Source of the DNA: Brevundimonas sp.
Lineage (GTDB): Bacteria > Pseudomonadota > Alphaproteobacteria > Caulobacterales > Caulobacteraceae
Direction: 5' to 3'
Length of the DNA stretch: 64,000 nucleotides
Assembly: GCF_041648055.1 (NCBI RefSeq)
Contig: NZ_JBAZPS010000008.1
Span: 28,742 to 92,741 of the forward strand
The notes under the pieces are model-generated. The model was given only the letters and a program-made list of their open reading frames with translations. It was not told the origin of the DNA and did not search any database. A program made the position numbers and the translations under genes. The first letter of the stretch is position 1. The number at the start of each line of letters is the position of its first letter. Shown in pieces: positions 46,245 through 55,790 of the stretch.

Positions 46245-46552
46245 GGGGTCGCCTCCCGACGCCGGGCCTCCCGCCGCAGCCGCTGGCGCTCGCTGGATGA
46301 GGCGGCGGGCGCCGTGATCTGGGCCTCGGCCCAGGTCTCCAGCAAGTCCAGCGGGTAGTAGGGCTTGTTTCGGATGTGCCGGCACGGCGGGCCGCCCGAC
46401 CCGGTCGAATAGGCGCGCGCCAGGGTCGTCGGCTTCATCCGGATGCCTTTGCCCTCCAGGAATACGGACGCCTCCGCGCGGGTCAGGAGCGTCTCCCGGG
46501 GCGACGACGCGGCCGCCTCCGCGCCGTCATGAGGGGCCGTCGCGAAGGTCAC
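46241..46552 (-). CDS. HTH_17/excisionase-like DNA-binding protein
   Basis: GTG 46552 overlaps SLT stop (GTGA), GGAGG 7 nt upstream; LLTRAEASVFLEGKGIRMKPTTLARAYSTGSGGP. Confidence 0.65.
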   Translation of the reverse strand: MTFATAPHDGAEAAASSPRETLLTRAEASVFLEGKGIRMKPTTLARAYSTGSGGPPCRHIRNKPYYPLDLLETWAEAQITAPAASSSERQRLRREARRREATP

Positions 46553-47157
46553 AGCCCGGCCTCCGCCGGGACGCATTCCCGCGACGATCGCACCCCGCGC
46601 CCCGCCGTGAGCGCCAGGTAGCAGTTGATCACCGAGACGACGTAATTCTGGGTCTCGGTGATGTTCGGGATCCGGCCCAGCCGGGCGACCCGATCCGGTC
46701 CCGAATTATAGGCCGCGAGGGCAAGGCGGAGGTCGCCGAAGCGGAGGATCTGCCGGGCCAGATAGTCGGCCCCTCCCCGCAGATTCTCATAGGGATCGAA
46801 ACGGTCGCGCACGTCGAGATCCGCGGCGGTGCCCGGCATCAGCTGGGTCAGGCCGCAGGCGCCGGCGTGAGAGCAGGCCTGGGCGCGATAGGCGCTTTCC
46901 ACCACGACCAGGGCATGGAGCAGCTTGCGATCCAGACCATGCCGGTCGGCCGCTTCGGCGATGGCGTCGGCGAAGGGCTGGTCAAGGTCCGCCAGACGAA
47001 CGGCCTCGAGGCCAGCGGCCTCCGGTGCGGGTGCTTCCGGAACGACGCCCACGAACAGGTCGCCGCCGGCCGGACGCCAGTCGACGCGGGTCTGGGCCGC
47101 GACCGGCGTCGCCGCCATGGCGATGACGGCGGCAAGAGGAAGAAGGTGGCTCACCAT
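46549..47157 (-). CDS. lytic transglycosylase (SLT domain, VirB1-like)
   Basis: Signal peptide; ESAYRAQACSHAGACGLTQLMPGTA ... AYNSGP. Confidence 0.85.
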   Translation of the reverse strand: MVSHLLPLAAVIAMAATPVAAQTRVDWRPAGGDLFVGVVPEAPAPEAAGLEAVRLADLDQPFADAIAEAADRHGLDRKLLHALVVVESAYRAQACSHAGACGLTQLMPGTAADLDVRDRFDPYENLRGGADYLARQILRFGDLRLALAAYNSGPDRVARLGRIPNITETQNYVVSVINCYLALTAGRGVRSSRECVPAEAGL

Positions 47158-47654
47158 GTCAGGGTCTCCCGATAGACGCCCTCGATCTGGGCGGTCCTCA
47201 CCGGCCCGAAGTACCGGCTGTCCAGGCTGGACGGCGTATCGCCGAGCAGAAGTCGTTCGTCGGCGGCGAGCCTGCGACAGCCTCGCCAGGCCGGAAGCGC
47301 GACGCCCGCGCTATCCCGGGCGTGGATGCGGACGGTGCGCATCGGCGCGATCAGCCACCGGCCGTCCGAACACACCATCTCGCCGCCCGTCGCCGCCACC
47401 CGTTTGATCAGCCGCACCTCGCCGGGCATCCCCTGGCGCGAGAGATAGGGCCGCACGATCTCGGGCTGACGAATGGCGACCACCGCGCCGCGCTCGATGT
47501 CCCGGGCGTCGGCGCGGACATAGACGCCCCGAGGCAGGCTCGGGCTCTCATTGATCAGGGCGACGGCGGGCCGCTGCGCCGCGACCCCGCCGACGGCGAA
47601 GAGGCCGACGGCGGGCGCGACGGCCGCCACGAGAAGACAACGAAGACGGGTCAT
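47151..47654 (-). CDS. traF: conjugative-transfer signal peptidase TraF (S26 family)
   Basis: 167 aa; SPSLPRGVY ... IKRVAATGGEMV ... LDSRYFGPV. Confidence 0.8.
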   Translation of the reverse strand: MTRLRCLLVAAVAPAVGLFAVGGVAAQRPAVALINESPSLPRGVYVRADARDIERGAVVAIRQPEIVRPYLSRQGMPGEVRLIKRVAATGGEMVCSDGRWLIAPMRTVRIHARDSAGVALPAWRGCRRLAADERLLLGDTPSSLDSRYFGPVRTAQIEGVYRETLTW

Positions 47655-48829
47655 CGGCGGTACGGCTCCAGAATGAGGTCGCGGGTGATCATCACCCGAA
47701 CCGGAGCCCCCGCCCGGACCCTTATGGACGGCTGGACGCCGAGCTCGCGATCGACGAGCCGTCCGCCGACCTGGGAGGCCTCGATCGAGGCTGCGCTCCC
47801 CGCACTGGCGGCGAACGAGCGGTCCTCGGATCCGCCGCGCGCCAGTTCGCCCAGGGTCGTGATGGCGCCCGCGAACAGGGTCGCCACGCCGAGCGGCAGA
47901 AGCCTTCGATCCACCTCTCCCCGCACGCCGACCGCGCCCTGCGCGTCCACGCCCGGTTCTTCGGACAGGATCAGGCTCTTGCCGTTGGGAAGGATCAGCC
48001 GATCCCAGACCAGGAAGGCCCGACGGTCGCCGTGGGCGCTCTCGCCTTCGTGGCGTCCGATCAGGCGCGTCCCCTGCGGGACGACGAGATGGCGACCGGT
48101 GATGGAGTCGAACACATTCTGGCTGACCGTGGCCACGACCGGGCCGGGACGCGAGGTGTCCACGGCCGTCAGCAGCACGCCCGGGATGATGGCGCCGGCC
48201 TTCAGCTCATAGGGGGAAACCGGCGCCAGGAGGCCGTGGGGACTGTAGATCGCGCCATAGTCCCGCATCGCCGGGGACGGCGGCGCATCCGATCGCCCGC
48301 CTCCGGCCGGAGCGGCGGCCCCGCTCGACGGGCCTCCGAAGAACAGCCCGGACGCCGCCGCCTGCTCCACCGGTCGCGGCCCTCTGGGCGTCGCGGCGTA
48401 TGAGGGCGCCGGCACGCGAGCGGGCGGCGGCGAGGCGACGGGAGGTTCATCTTCCGGCGTGGCGCCCCGGCGCTCCGGCAAGGCGTCCGCCCGGGCGAGC
48501 CGGTCATAGCTCGCGGGCTGGTCGGTCACCCGCTCCGAGGGTCGAACGCTGCCCCGGGCCTCGCCCGCGCCACCGGCCTCGGCGGCGTCCCGGGCCTGAC
48601 GCGTCATCTGCGGCTGGACGACGAAGGCCCAGGCGAGCGAGCCGGACACAAGCAGGGCGGCGACCATCACCGCGCCCTGGACGACGAGCTTGCGGATGCG
48701 GACGGCGCCCGGCCGCGGCGCCCGGCCCATCAGGGGCGGCGGAGGCGCCTTGGGCGTCGCTGTCGGGGTGGACGGAGGCGGGGCGACGTCGTCGCGAGGG
48801 GTGTCTGGAGAGAGATTGGGATCGGTCAT
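47651..48829 (-). CDS. trbI: conjugal transfer protein TrbI (VirB10 family)
   Basis: 392 aa; Pro-rich N-terminus, TM helix, conserved C-terminal VirB10 domain; operon position. Confidence 0.9.
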   Translation of the reverse strand: MTDPNLSPDTPRDDVAPPPSTPTATPKAPPPPLMGRAPRPGAVRIRKLVVQGAVMVAALLVSGSLAWAFVVQPQMTRQARDAAEAGGAGEARGSVRPSERVTDQPASYDRLARADALPERRGATPEDEPPVASPPPARVPAPSYAATPRGPRPVEQAAASGLFFGGPSSGAAAPAGGGRSDAPPSPAMRDYGAIYSPHGLLAPVSPYELKAGAIIPGVLLTAVDTSRPGPVVATVSQNVFDSITGRHLVVPQGTRLIGRHEGESAHGDRRAFLVWDRLILPNGKSLILSEEPGVDAQGAVGVRGEVDRRLLPLGVATLFAGAITTLGELARGGSEDRSFAASAGSAASIEASQVGGRLVDRELGVQPSIRVRAGAPVRVMITRDLILEPYRR

Positions 48830-49875
48830 CGGGCGGCTCCCGGAATGCGACGGATGCGGACGATTTGCGGACGACGGTCTCCGAGCCGGAGCTCGGCTTC
48901 GTCGAACAGCCTGTCGACGATCAGGACGCCGTCTGCCTGCCGGTAGTTGACCAGCTGGAGTTCCTCGCCGGCCCGGACGAAGAGGGCCGGCGCCTCATCG
49001 ATCGAGGCTCCCGGCGACAGGGTGATGAAGGTCCGTGCGCCGTCATTGAAGACGGCGGTCGGAGCCCAGCGCGGGGAGCGGCCTCGCGCCTCGATCCTGT
49101 AGCGGGCGTCGAGGGGCCCCTGAGGCGTCGCCGCCTGCACATCGACCGGCGGCAGGCCCGACAGCGGGTCGGCGACCGGGCGGCTCGAGGCGGCGAAGCC
49201 ATAATCCCAGGCGATGGCGGCGTTGAAGGCGTCGGCGGCGCCGCTGCGCAAGGTCAGGAGATAGACCCGCTGGCTGGTGGTCAGGACGAGGTTGGTCTCC
49301 AGACCCGCCTGCAGGGGTTTGATCAGGACATGGGTCCGGGCGGAGGCGCCGGCGCCCGACTGGCTCTCGCCGATCTGCCAGCGCACCGTATCCCCGGCCG
49401 CCTTGGCCGTGACCGTCTCGCCCGGCGCCAGGGTGAGGGTCGTGACCCGCAGGGGGGCGGTCCAGACCTCGTAGACCCGACCGTCGGACCAGCCGAACAC
49501 CTGGACTCCGCCCACGAAGCCGTCGGCGCTGGAGGCGGCGCGAGCGGATCGATTGGCTTGTGCGATCGCGGCGCGTCCGGACGGCGTCTCCGGCGGCGGC
49601 GTCTCGGCACGACGTCGACGCGGCGGCTCCGCCTGGGCGACCGCCTCGAGGTAGGGTCGTGCGGTGGAGTCCGGCTCTACGGGAGGCGGAGCCGGGTCCG
49701 CCTCAGACGAAAGGACGGGCTCGGGCGCGACTTCGGGGGTCGGGACCTCGGGCGTGATCGCCTCGGCCAAAATGACGGGGTCGGCGTCCGGCCCTCGCAG
49801 CAGGGCGCAGCCGGAGAGCGCGATAGCGGCGAACGCCGAAAGGGCGGTCACGCTCAGGAAGCGTCGGGGGTCCAT
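48826..49875 (-). CDS. trbG: P-type conjugative transfer protein TrbG (VirB9 family)
   Basis: Start ATG 49875 gives lipoprotein-type signal MDPRRFLSVTALSAFAAIALSGC; VRWQIGESQSG ... HVLIKP. Confidence 0.9.
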   Translation of the reverse strand: MDPRRFLSVTALSAFAAIALSGCALLRGPDADPVILAEAITPEVPTPEVAPEPVLSSEADPAPPPVEPDSTARPYLEAVAQAEPPRRRRAETPPPETPSGRAAIAQANRSARAASSADGFVGGVQVFGWSDGRVYEVWTAPLRVTTLTLAPGETVTAKAAGDTVRWQIGESQSGAGASARTHVLIKPLQAGLETNLVLTTSQRVYLLTLRSGAADAFNAAIAWDYGFAASSRPVADPLSGLPPVDVQAATPQGPLDARYRIEARGRSPRWAPTAVFNDGARTFITLSPGASIDEAPALFVRAGEELQLVNYRQADGVLIVDRLFDEAELRLGDRRPQIVRIRRIPGAAR

Positions 49876-50543
49876 GAGACATCCTCGATCTTGAGGCCAA
49901 GGGGATTGCGCATCAGCTCGGCCTCGTTGCGCGGCGGCTGATGGGCGACGGTGATCAGGGCGCGCCAACGCTCGGCCCCGGCCTGCTGGCCGTTCACGAA
50001 CCGGGTCTCACGCCATTGCAGGTCGAAGGTGCGGTCGCTGCGGCGGACCACGTTCAGCACCTCGACATTGACCGCCTCGCGGCCGGCCTCCGCGAACGGA
50101 TCATTGGCCTGGGCCCAGTCGTTCAGAAAGGCCGAGGCCTTCGGCGTGAGGAGGTCGTAGGCGCGCAGCCAGTTCTGCCGGATCACGATCGGATCGATCG
50201 ATTTCGACCGAACGTCCCGGATCCATTGCGCGAGGGCATAACCGGTCTGGGCCTCGGTCGGTTCGTACCGGCCGTCCAGGGCCGTGATCCTCTGGGTCTG
50301 CCCCCAGTCGGACACCTCCACGACGAAGGGCCGCACCACCGCCCGATCGGCCTGGACCCACCAGCCGGCGCCGAGAAAGGCCGCCAGCGCGAGGTTGGCC
50401 AGGGCGATACGGCGCCAGTTGCGGGCATGGGCGATGGAGAGCCCCATCCGGTCGTCCCAGACCTGGCCTGCCCTCTGGTAGGGAGTGGCCTCGGGCGACG
50501 CAGTCAGGGCGCGCTTGGGCTTGAAGAAGGGATGCATGCTCAA
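49854..50543 (-). CDS. trbF: conjugal transfer protein TrbF (VirB8 family)
   Basis: 229 aa; YQRAGQVWDDRMGLSIAHARNWRRIA, TM helix. Confidence 0.9.
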   Translation of the reverse strand: MSMHPFFKPKRALTASPEATPYQRAGQVWDDRMGLSIAHARNWRRIALANLALAAFLGAGWWVQADRAVVRPFVVEVSDWGQTQRITALDGRYEPTEAQTGYALAQWIRDVRSKSIDPIVIRQNWLRAYDLLTPKASAFLNDWAQANDPFAEAGREAVNVEVLNVVRRSDRTFDLQWRETRFVNGQQAGAERWRALITVAHQPPRNEAELMRNPLGLKIEDVSWTPDAS

Positions 50544-51925
50544 TCCTCGGATCTGACGGTGGGCTTGAGGGCGCCGCTGTTCTCGCCGGCCGGCATCAGG
50601 GCGCGACCGGAGTTGGCGATAAAGAAGGCCTGGAGGGCGGCGGATCGGCCGGCGGCGCGTCCCCCCTTCGCGCCCCCGCCCAACGACCGGTCCTCGGACA
50701 GGGACGGCCGGGAACGGGTCTCAGCCTGGGGCCCGGCCTGGCCCGGAGGCGGCCCGGACGAATCCGGCTGAGGGGGCGGCGCCTCCGACGGCGCCGGGGT
50801 GGGAGAACTCGGGGCCGCCGCAGCGCCCGAGGTCGGCGCGGCGCCGCCGGTGGAGGGCGCCGGATCTCGCGTGCGCCCGGCGGGCCCCAATCCGGGTCCA
50901 GGGCCCGGTGATGGCCGCGGTCCGCCGCCCGAGGGCGCGCCTCCCGAGGAAGGGCCGGGTCCCGATGGTCGCGCCGCGGACGCGGCCCCGGCGGCGGATC
51001 GCGACGACCCGCCGATCGCCGCGGCCCGTCCGGCCATGGCGCCGACGCCCGCGACCCCGCCGGCGACGAGGGCTCCCGCCCCGGCGACGGCGAGCCCGCT
51101 GGTCAGGGCCGCGCCCGCCCCGAGGGCGGGGCCGCCGGTCACCAGGGCCGAGGCCAGGTTGGGGATGAAGATCGCCAACATCGCCAGCAGCAGGGCAGCG
51201 ACCAGGATCGTGAGGGCTTCATAGATGTCGGGATTGGCGGAGGGCTGAAGCTGGTCGAAGATCGTCCGCGCGCCGGAGACGACGATGGCCAGGGCCAGCA
51301 CCTTGAGCCCCGAGGAGACGACATAGCCGAGCGGTCGTTCGGCCAGGAAGGCGGTCTTGTTCCAGATGCCGAACGGCAGGAGGACGAAGCCGCCCAGGGT
51401 GACGATCTTGAACTCGAGCAGGGAGACGATGATCTGCAGGGCCAGGATGGCGAAGGCCAGCATGATGCCGATCATCGCCAGACCGAGAATCAGGGCGTCG
51501 GCCATATTGCCCATGACGTCGAGCGGGTTCTCGACCGGGGCCGGCGTCTCTCCCAGGGCCTTCACGATCTCCCAGCCCTGCTGAAGGATGGCTCCAGGGT
51601 TGAGGAACTCCTCGCGCGACAGCGAGCCTCCCCCGGCCGTCAGACCCAGCTCCAGAAACCCGGCGTAGAGGGTCTCGGACAGGGCCTGCCAGTCGTTGAT
51701 GATCCAGGCGAAGGCGCCGATCAGCAGGACCTTTCCGAAGCCGGACGCCAGGACCTCCCTGTTGGGCGAGAGCGCCCACTGGATCCCTGTCAGGGCCACG
51801 ACGAGCGCGATCAGCAGACCGAAGACACCGTTGACCGACCCGGACAGGGCGTCGAAGCCGGCGGTGACGGTGTTGGAAAACACCACCATCAGCTCGTTCG
51901 GGGTCTCCATTCCGGGGCCGGCCAT
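50540..51925 (-). CDS. trbL: P-type conjugative transfer protein TrbL (VirB6 family)
   Basis: 461 aa multi-TM with Gly/Pro/Ala-rich C-terminal tail. Confidence 0.9.
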   Translation of the reverse strand: MAGPGMETPNELMVVFSNTVTAGFDALSGSVNGVFGLLIALVVALTGIQWALSPNREVLASGFGKVLLIGAFAWIINDWQALSETLYAGFLELGLTAGGGSLSREEFLNPGAILQQGWEIVKALGETPAPVENPLDVMGNMADALILGLAMIGIMLAFAILALQIIVSLLEFKIVTLGGFVLLPFGIWNKTAFLAERPLGYVVSSGLKVLALAIVVSGARTIFDQLQPSANPDIYEALTILVAALLLAMLAIFIPNLASALVTGGPALGAGAALTSGLAVAGAGALVAGGVAGVGAMAGRAAAIGGSSRSAAGAASAARPSGPGPSSGGAPSGGGPRPSPGPGPGLGPAGRTRDPAPSTGGAAPTSGAAAAPSSPTPAPSEAPPPQPDSSGPPPGQAGPQAETRSRPSLSEDRSLGGGAKGGRAAGRSAALQAFFIANSGRALMPAGENSGALKPTVRSED

Positions 51926-51936
51926 GACAGCGCTCC

Positions 51937-52710
51937 TCAGTCCCGGGCGTGGGGCAAGGGGTTGAAGGACGGAGCGGCCGGCGTGGCGGTCCCCCGTTCC
52001 CAGAAGCGGCGGCGCGCCTCGATCGCGGCTTCGCGGTCGGCGGCCTGACGCGCCGCGCCCTCGGCCATCAGCCGGGACTGGGCCAGAAGCACGGTCCGCA
52101 TGCTGGCCAGATCCTCGGCCAGAACGGACAGCATCTGGGTCGAGGACTGGATCGCGGCCGTCTCGCCCTCCGCCGCCTCGCTCGCGGCCATGGCCCCGCG
52201 CAGGCGGCCGTCGCGGCTCTGGGCCAGTCGCTCCAGCTCGGCCGCCGTGCGCGCCAGGTCCTCGGCGGTCCGGCGCGCGGTCGTGGACCGATCGGCGCCG
52301 AGGGCCGTGAGGTCCGAGAGGGAGAGATCGTCCGGATACAGATCCGCGAACTGCCGCTGAACGCCATCGAGGGTCGAGGCCGTCCCCCGGACCGTGCGCG
52401 CCAGCTCGCCGATGTCGCGCAGGGTCTCAGACGATCCCGCGAGATGGCTGTAGGGCGAAGCGGCGAGGCTGCGGGCCTGATTGGCCAGAGTGCGAGCCTC
52501 ATTGGCGAGGCTCTCGATCTGCCTGGCGGCCGAGAGCATCGCCTCGACATCGGCCTTGGCGTCATACACCGCCCATTGCGCGCTCGCCGGCTGGGGCGCC
52601 GCCGCAAGGGTCAGCGAAAGCGCTGCAAGCCCGCAGAGCCAGCGTCGGCTATTCGGCCGCGAGACGATGGGCGACGGCCGGATCGAAGCTGTCGAAGACG
52701 TTGTCGACAT
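51937..52710 (-). CDS. trbJ: P-type conjugative transfer protein TrbJ (VirB5-like)
   Basis: Signal peptide then coiled-coil AQWAVYDAKADVEAMLSAARQIESLANEARTLANQARSL; start overlaps the trbE 3' end by 62 nt, exact start uncertain. Confidence 0.8.
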   Translation of the reverse strand: MSTTSSTASIRPSPIVSRPNSRRWLCGLAALSLTLAAAPQPASAQWAVYDAKADVEAMLSAARQIESLANEARTLANQARSLAASPYSHLAGSSETLRDIGELARTVRGTASTLDGVQRQFADLYPDDLSLSDLTALGADRSTTARRTAEDLARTAAELERLAQSRDGRLRGAMAASEAAEGETAAIQSSTQMLSVLAEDLASMRTVLLAQSRLMAEGAARQAADREAAIEARRRFWERGTATPAAPSFNPLPHARD

Positions 52711-55102
52711 GATGGACTCCCTTGGCTTTGAGGAATTCGCGGGCGAAGCGGTCAGGCCGCGGATCGGCCGGATCGAGAGCCGCCAGCACGCTCTCGATGA
52801 GAGTCTGGTCCTCGGGAGACGAGGCGCCGCAGAGGGCGAGCCCGGCTCCGCTGAGCTTGAGGTCGAAAAGCCGCCGCCCTTCGGGCTGACGCAGGTAGTA
52901 GGTGCGCTTGGGGGTGGCCCAGGCGATCAGCTCCAGCTGGCGGCGGTTGAGACCGAACATCCGGTAGAGGTCCGCCGAGGCCGGCTCGAGCGCGCGGGGG
53001 TTGGGCAGGAAGATCTGGGTCGGGCAGCTTTCGATCAGGGCCGAGGCGATCGACGAGCGCACGACGTCGTCGAGCGACTGGGTGGCGAAGACCACCGCCA
53101 CGCCCTTCTTGCGGAGCGTCTTCAGCCACTCGCGGATACGGGCGGCGAACGCCGTCTCGCCGAGGAACAGCCAGGCCTCGTCGAGGATCAACAGGGTCGG
53201 CCGGCCGTCGAAGCCGCGCTCGATCTCGTGGAACAGCGCCGCGAGTACAGGCGCGACCGCCGACGGGGTCGCCATCAGGCTCTCGAGCTCGAAGCATTCG
53301 AAGGCGGCGAGCGTCTCGTCTTCCGGAGCGACGCCGTCGATCAGGGCGCCATGAGGCCCCTTGAGCGTCAGGGGCTCGAGAGCCGCGGCCACGGCCTTGT
53401 CCTGGACCAGGGCCGTGAAGACGGTCAGCGTCCGCTGCGCCACGGGGGCCTGGGCCAGGGCGCCGAGCGCGGCCCAGATCTCCTCGCGAATGCGCGGCGT
53501 CGGCTCGAGGCCCGCGAGCCGGACGGCATCCGCCAGCCACTCCGAGGCCCAGGCCCGTTCGCCGTCATCCTCGATGCGCGCCAGGGGCTGGAGGGTGAAC
53601 GCGCCGCCGGGCTGGAGCGGATGCCAGCGCCCGCCGACCGCCAGGGCCGCGGCCCGCGCGCTGCGGCCCTTGTCGAAAACCACGACCCGCCCCTCGGGAT
53701 AGCGGAACCATTGAAGGGCGAGGAAGGCGAGCAGCGCGCTCTTGCCCGAGCCGGTCGGCCCAACGACCATCGCATGGCCGACGTCGCCCACATGCAGGGC
53801 CAGCCGGAACGGCGTCGATCCACTGGTCCTCGCGACCGCGAGCGGCGGCCCCTGCAGGCGCGGGTCCGATGTCGGTCCGGCCCAGACCGCCGAGACCGGC
53901 AGGAGGTCGGCGAGGTTCAGGGTGGAGACCAGAGGCCGACGCACATCCGCATAGGGCTCGCCCGGCAGGGAGCCCAGCCAGGCCTCCACGGCGTTCAGGT
54001 CCTCGGTGCGGGCGACGAAACCCTGGGCGTTGAGCGTCGCCTCGATCGCCCGGGCCTGTTCCGCCGCCCGTTCGGGATCGCGCGCCATCACCGTGATCGT
54101 CGTGGTCAGATAGCCGTAGGCGCAGGCGTCCGAGCCGAGGGCTTCGAGCGCGCCGTCGCACTCGTCGGTCTTGGCCGCCGCATCCGTATCGAGGAGCGGG
54201 ACCTCCTCCTTGGTGATGGCCTCGCGCAGGAGAACCCCGACCCCCTTGCGCTTGGCGAACCAGCGCTTGCGCAACTTGACGAGCTCCACCTCGGCGTCCG
54301 CCTTGTCCAGACCGATCCAGCGCGCGCTCCAGCGATAGGGGAAGGGCAAGGCCCCGAGGGCGTCGAGCAGTCCCGGCCGCGTGCTCGCCGGAAGCCCCCG
54401 CACCGAGACCACCTTGAGCGTCTGGCCGTCCAGTGTCGGAGACACGCCGCCGAGCAGGGGCGCGTCCGCCAGCCAGGCGTCGAGGAACATCGGCGTCGCG
54501 GGCAGCGCGAGCCGGACCGACCTCGGAGACACGCAGTCGTGCAGCCAGGTCAGGATCTCCACGTCGTCGAGCATCGCGACTTCCGGAAGGGCGTCGGCCA
54601 GAAGGTCGACGATCTGCGCGGTCTCGCGGGCGAAGGCGTCCAGGGCGGTGCGCCAGTCCCGGCTCGCCGGATCTGCGCCGTCGAACAGGACGCGCTCCAC
54701 CCGGCGGGTCTGGTCCGCCGGCGGAAGCCAGGTCAGGGCCGCCCGATAGTCGGTCTCGTAGGCCGGCTCGCTGGTCTCGAAGAGGGAGCGGCGCTCGGCG
54801 TCGACCAGCCAGGCCGCGGCGATCTCGAACTCACTCGTGGGATAGGGCTGGGCGGGGCGGCGACGGGCCTCGACATGGAGGCACCATCCGCTGCCCAGAC
54901 GCTTCAGGGCGTTGTTGAGCCGCGCTCGAACCGACATCAGCTCCAGGTCGGAGGCTGACTCCAGATCCGGCCCCCGGAACCGCAGGCCGCAGGTGAAGGA
55001 GCCGTCCTTGTTCAGCACCACCCCGGGAGCGACCATGGCCGCCCAGGGCAGATGATCGGCCAGAAGCGCGGGCCGGCGGCGATGTTCATCCAGAAAGCGC
55101 AT
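52649..55102 (-). CDS. trbE: conjugal transfer ATPase TrbE (VirB4 family)
   Basis: 817 aa; MRFLDEHRRRPALLADHLPW N-terminus, Walker A GPTGSGKS, Walker B LLILDEAW. Confidence 0.95.
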   Translation of the reverse strand: MRFLDEHRRRPALLADHLPWAAMVAPGVVLNKDGSFTCGLRFRGPDLESASDLELMSVRARLNNALKRLGSGWCLHVEARRRPAQPYPTSEFEIAAAWLVDAERRSLFETSEPAYETDYRAALTWLPPADQTRRVERVLFDGADPASRDWRTALDAFARETAQIVDLLADALPEVAMLDDVEILTWLHDCVSPRSVRLALPATPMFLDAWLADAPLLGGVSPTLDGQTLKVVSVRGLPASTRPGLLDALGALPFPYRWSARWIGLDKADAEVELVKLRKRWFAKRKGVGVLLREAITKEEVPLLDTDAAAKTDECDGALEALGSDACAYGYLTTTITVMARDPERAAEQARAIEATLNAQGFVARTEDLNAVEAWLGSLPGEPYADVRRPLVSTLNLADLLPVSAVWAGPTSDPRLQGPPLAVARTSGSTPFRLALHVGDVGHAMVVGPTGSGKSALLAFLALQWFRYPEGRVVVFDKGRSARAAALAVGGRWHPLQPGGAFTLQPLARIEDDGERAWASEWLADAVRLAGLEPTPRIREEIWAALGALAQAPVAQRTLTVFTALVQDKAVAAALEPLTLKGPHGALIDGVAPEDETLAAFECFELESLMATPSAVAPVLAALFHEIERGFDGRPTLLILDEAWLFLGETAFAARIREWLKTLRKKGVAVVFATQSLDDVVRSSIASALIESCPTQIFLPNPRALEPASADLYRMFGLNRRQLELIAWATPKRTYYLRQPEGRRLFDLKLSGAGLALCGASSPEDQTLIESVLAALDPADPRPDRFAREFLKAKGVHHVDNVFDSFDPAVAHRLAAE

Positions 55103-55111
55103 GCTCAGGTC

Positions 55112-55390
55112 TCACGCATCGAGATGGCCCGGCAGGGCCAGATGGCGGCGAAGGACGTCGAAGAACCGCTTGTCAGCCCGTGCGGCGTAGAGTCCGATCG
55201 CGTGGGCGACCGCCCACCACAGGAGGCCCAGCCACCAGATCCGCAGCGCCAGCCCCAACACAACCGCCACGGTGCCCATCAGGATGGCGTAGTCGCGAGG
55301 CATCCCCGCCAGGGTGACCGGCTCGGTCAGGGCTGCCGCGACCGGAAGATCCCAGCCTGGCGGGCGGTGATCGGACGACGTCTCGGACAT
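55112..55390 (-). CDS. trbD: conjugal transfer protein TrbD (VirB3 family)
   Basis: Start ATG 55390 (92 aa), two TM helices; ATGA overlap with the trbC stop. Confidence 0.85.
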   Translation of the reverse strand: MSETSSDHRPPGWDLPVAAALTEPVTLAGMPRDYAILMGTVAVVLGLALRIWWLGLLWWAVAHAIGLYAARADKRFFDVLRRHLALPGHLDA

Positions 55391-55710
55391 CAGGCGATCT
55401 CCGCCCCGCCGGCGAAGCCGAAGAACTGCAGGAAGAAGGTCGAGGCGGCGAAGGCGATCGAGAGGCCGAAGAGTATCCCGAGCCCTCGCCGCATGGACGA
55501 TCCGTTCTCGCTCATGGCGACCCCGGCGCCGAACAACACCACCGCCACGACGGCGGCGGCCTGGACGACCGGCCCGGTGATCGATTCCACGATCTGCTGG
55601 AGCGGTCCCTCCCAGGGCATCCCGGATCCGCCCGCCAGGGCCTGTCCGGCAAAGAACAGGCCGCAAGTCACCGTCGCGGCCGAAAGGCCACGTTGAAGTA
55701 AACGTCGCAT
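55390..55710 (-). CDS. trbC: TrbC/VirB2-family pilin precursor
   Basis: Start ATG 55710 (106 aa); signal-like N-terminus, two hydrophobic helices. Confidence 0.85.
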   Translation of the reverse strand: MRRLLQRGLSAATVTCGLFFAGQALAGGSGMPWEGPLQQIVESITGPVVQAAAVVAVVLFGAGVAMSENGSSMRRGLGILFGLSIAFAASTFFLQFFGFAGGAEIA

Positions 55711-55743
55711 GGTTTGAGTTCCTGTGGTCGGGCCGGAAGGTCG

Positions 55744-55790
55744 GCGTTGACGATCCACAGCAAGCAAAACCATCCACAGCCTGTCAACGC
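55744..55790 (-). promoter_or_regulatory. inverted repeat GCGTTGAC/GTCAACGC enclosing two direct ATCCACAGC repeats, 34-80 nt upstream of trbC
   Basis: Read directly; the minus-strand arm contains TTGACA; lies at the junction between the inserted cargo and trbC. Confidence 0.4.

Noticed and set aside
50800-51230. Gly/Pro/Ala-rich repetitive coding stretch in trbL, considered as a possible contingency or slippage repeat.
   Set aside because: Low-complexity C-terminal tails are normal for TrbL/VirB6 proteins. No exact nucleotide tandem repeat was evident.
52649-52710. 62-nt overlap between the trbE 3' end and the annotated trbJ start, considered as a possible programmed frameshift or fusion.
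   Set aside because: It is more simply explained by an uncertain trbJ start. I found no alternative canonical start codon downstream, so the overlap is noted in the feature rather than claimed as recoding.
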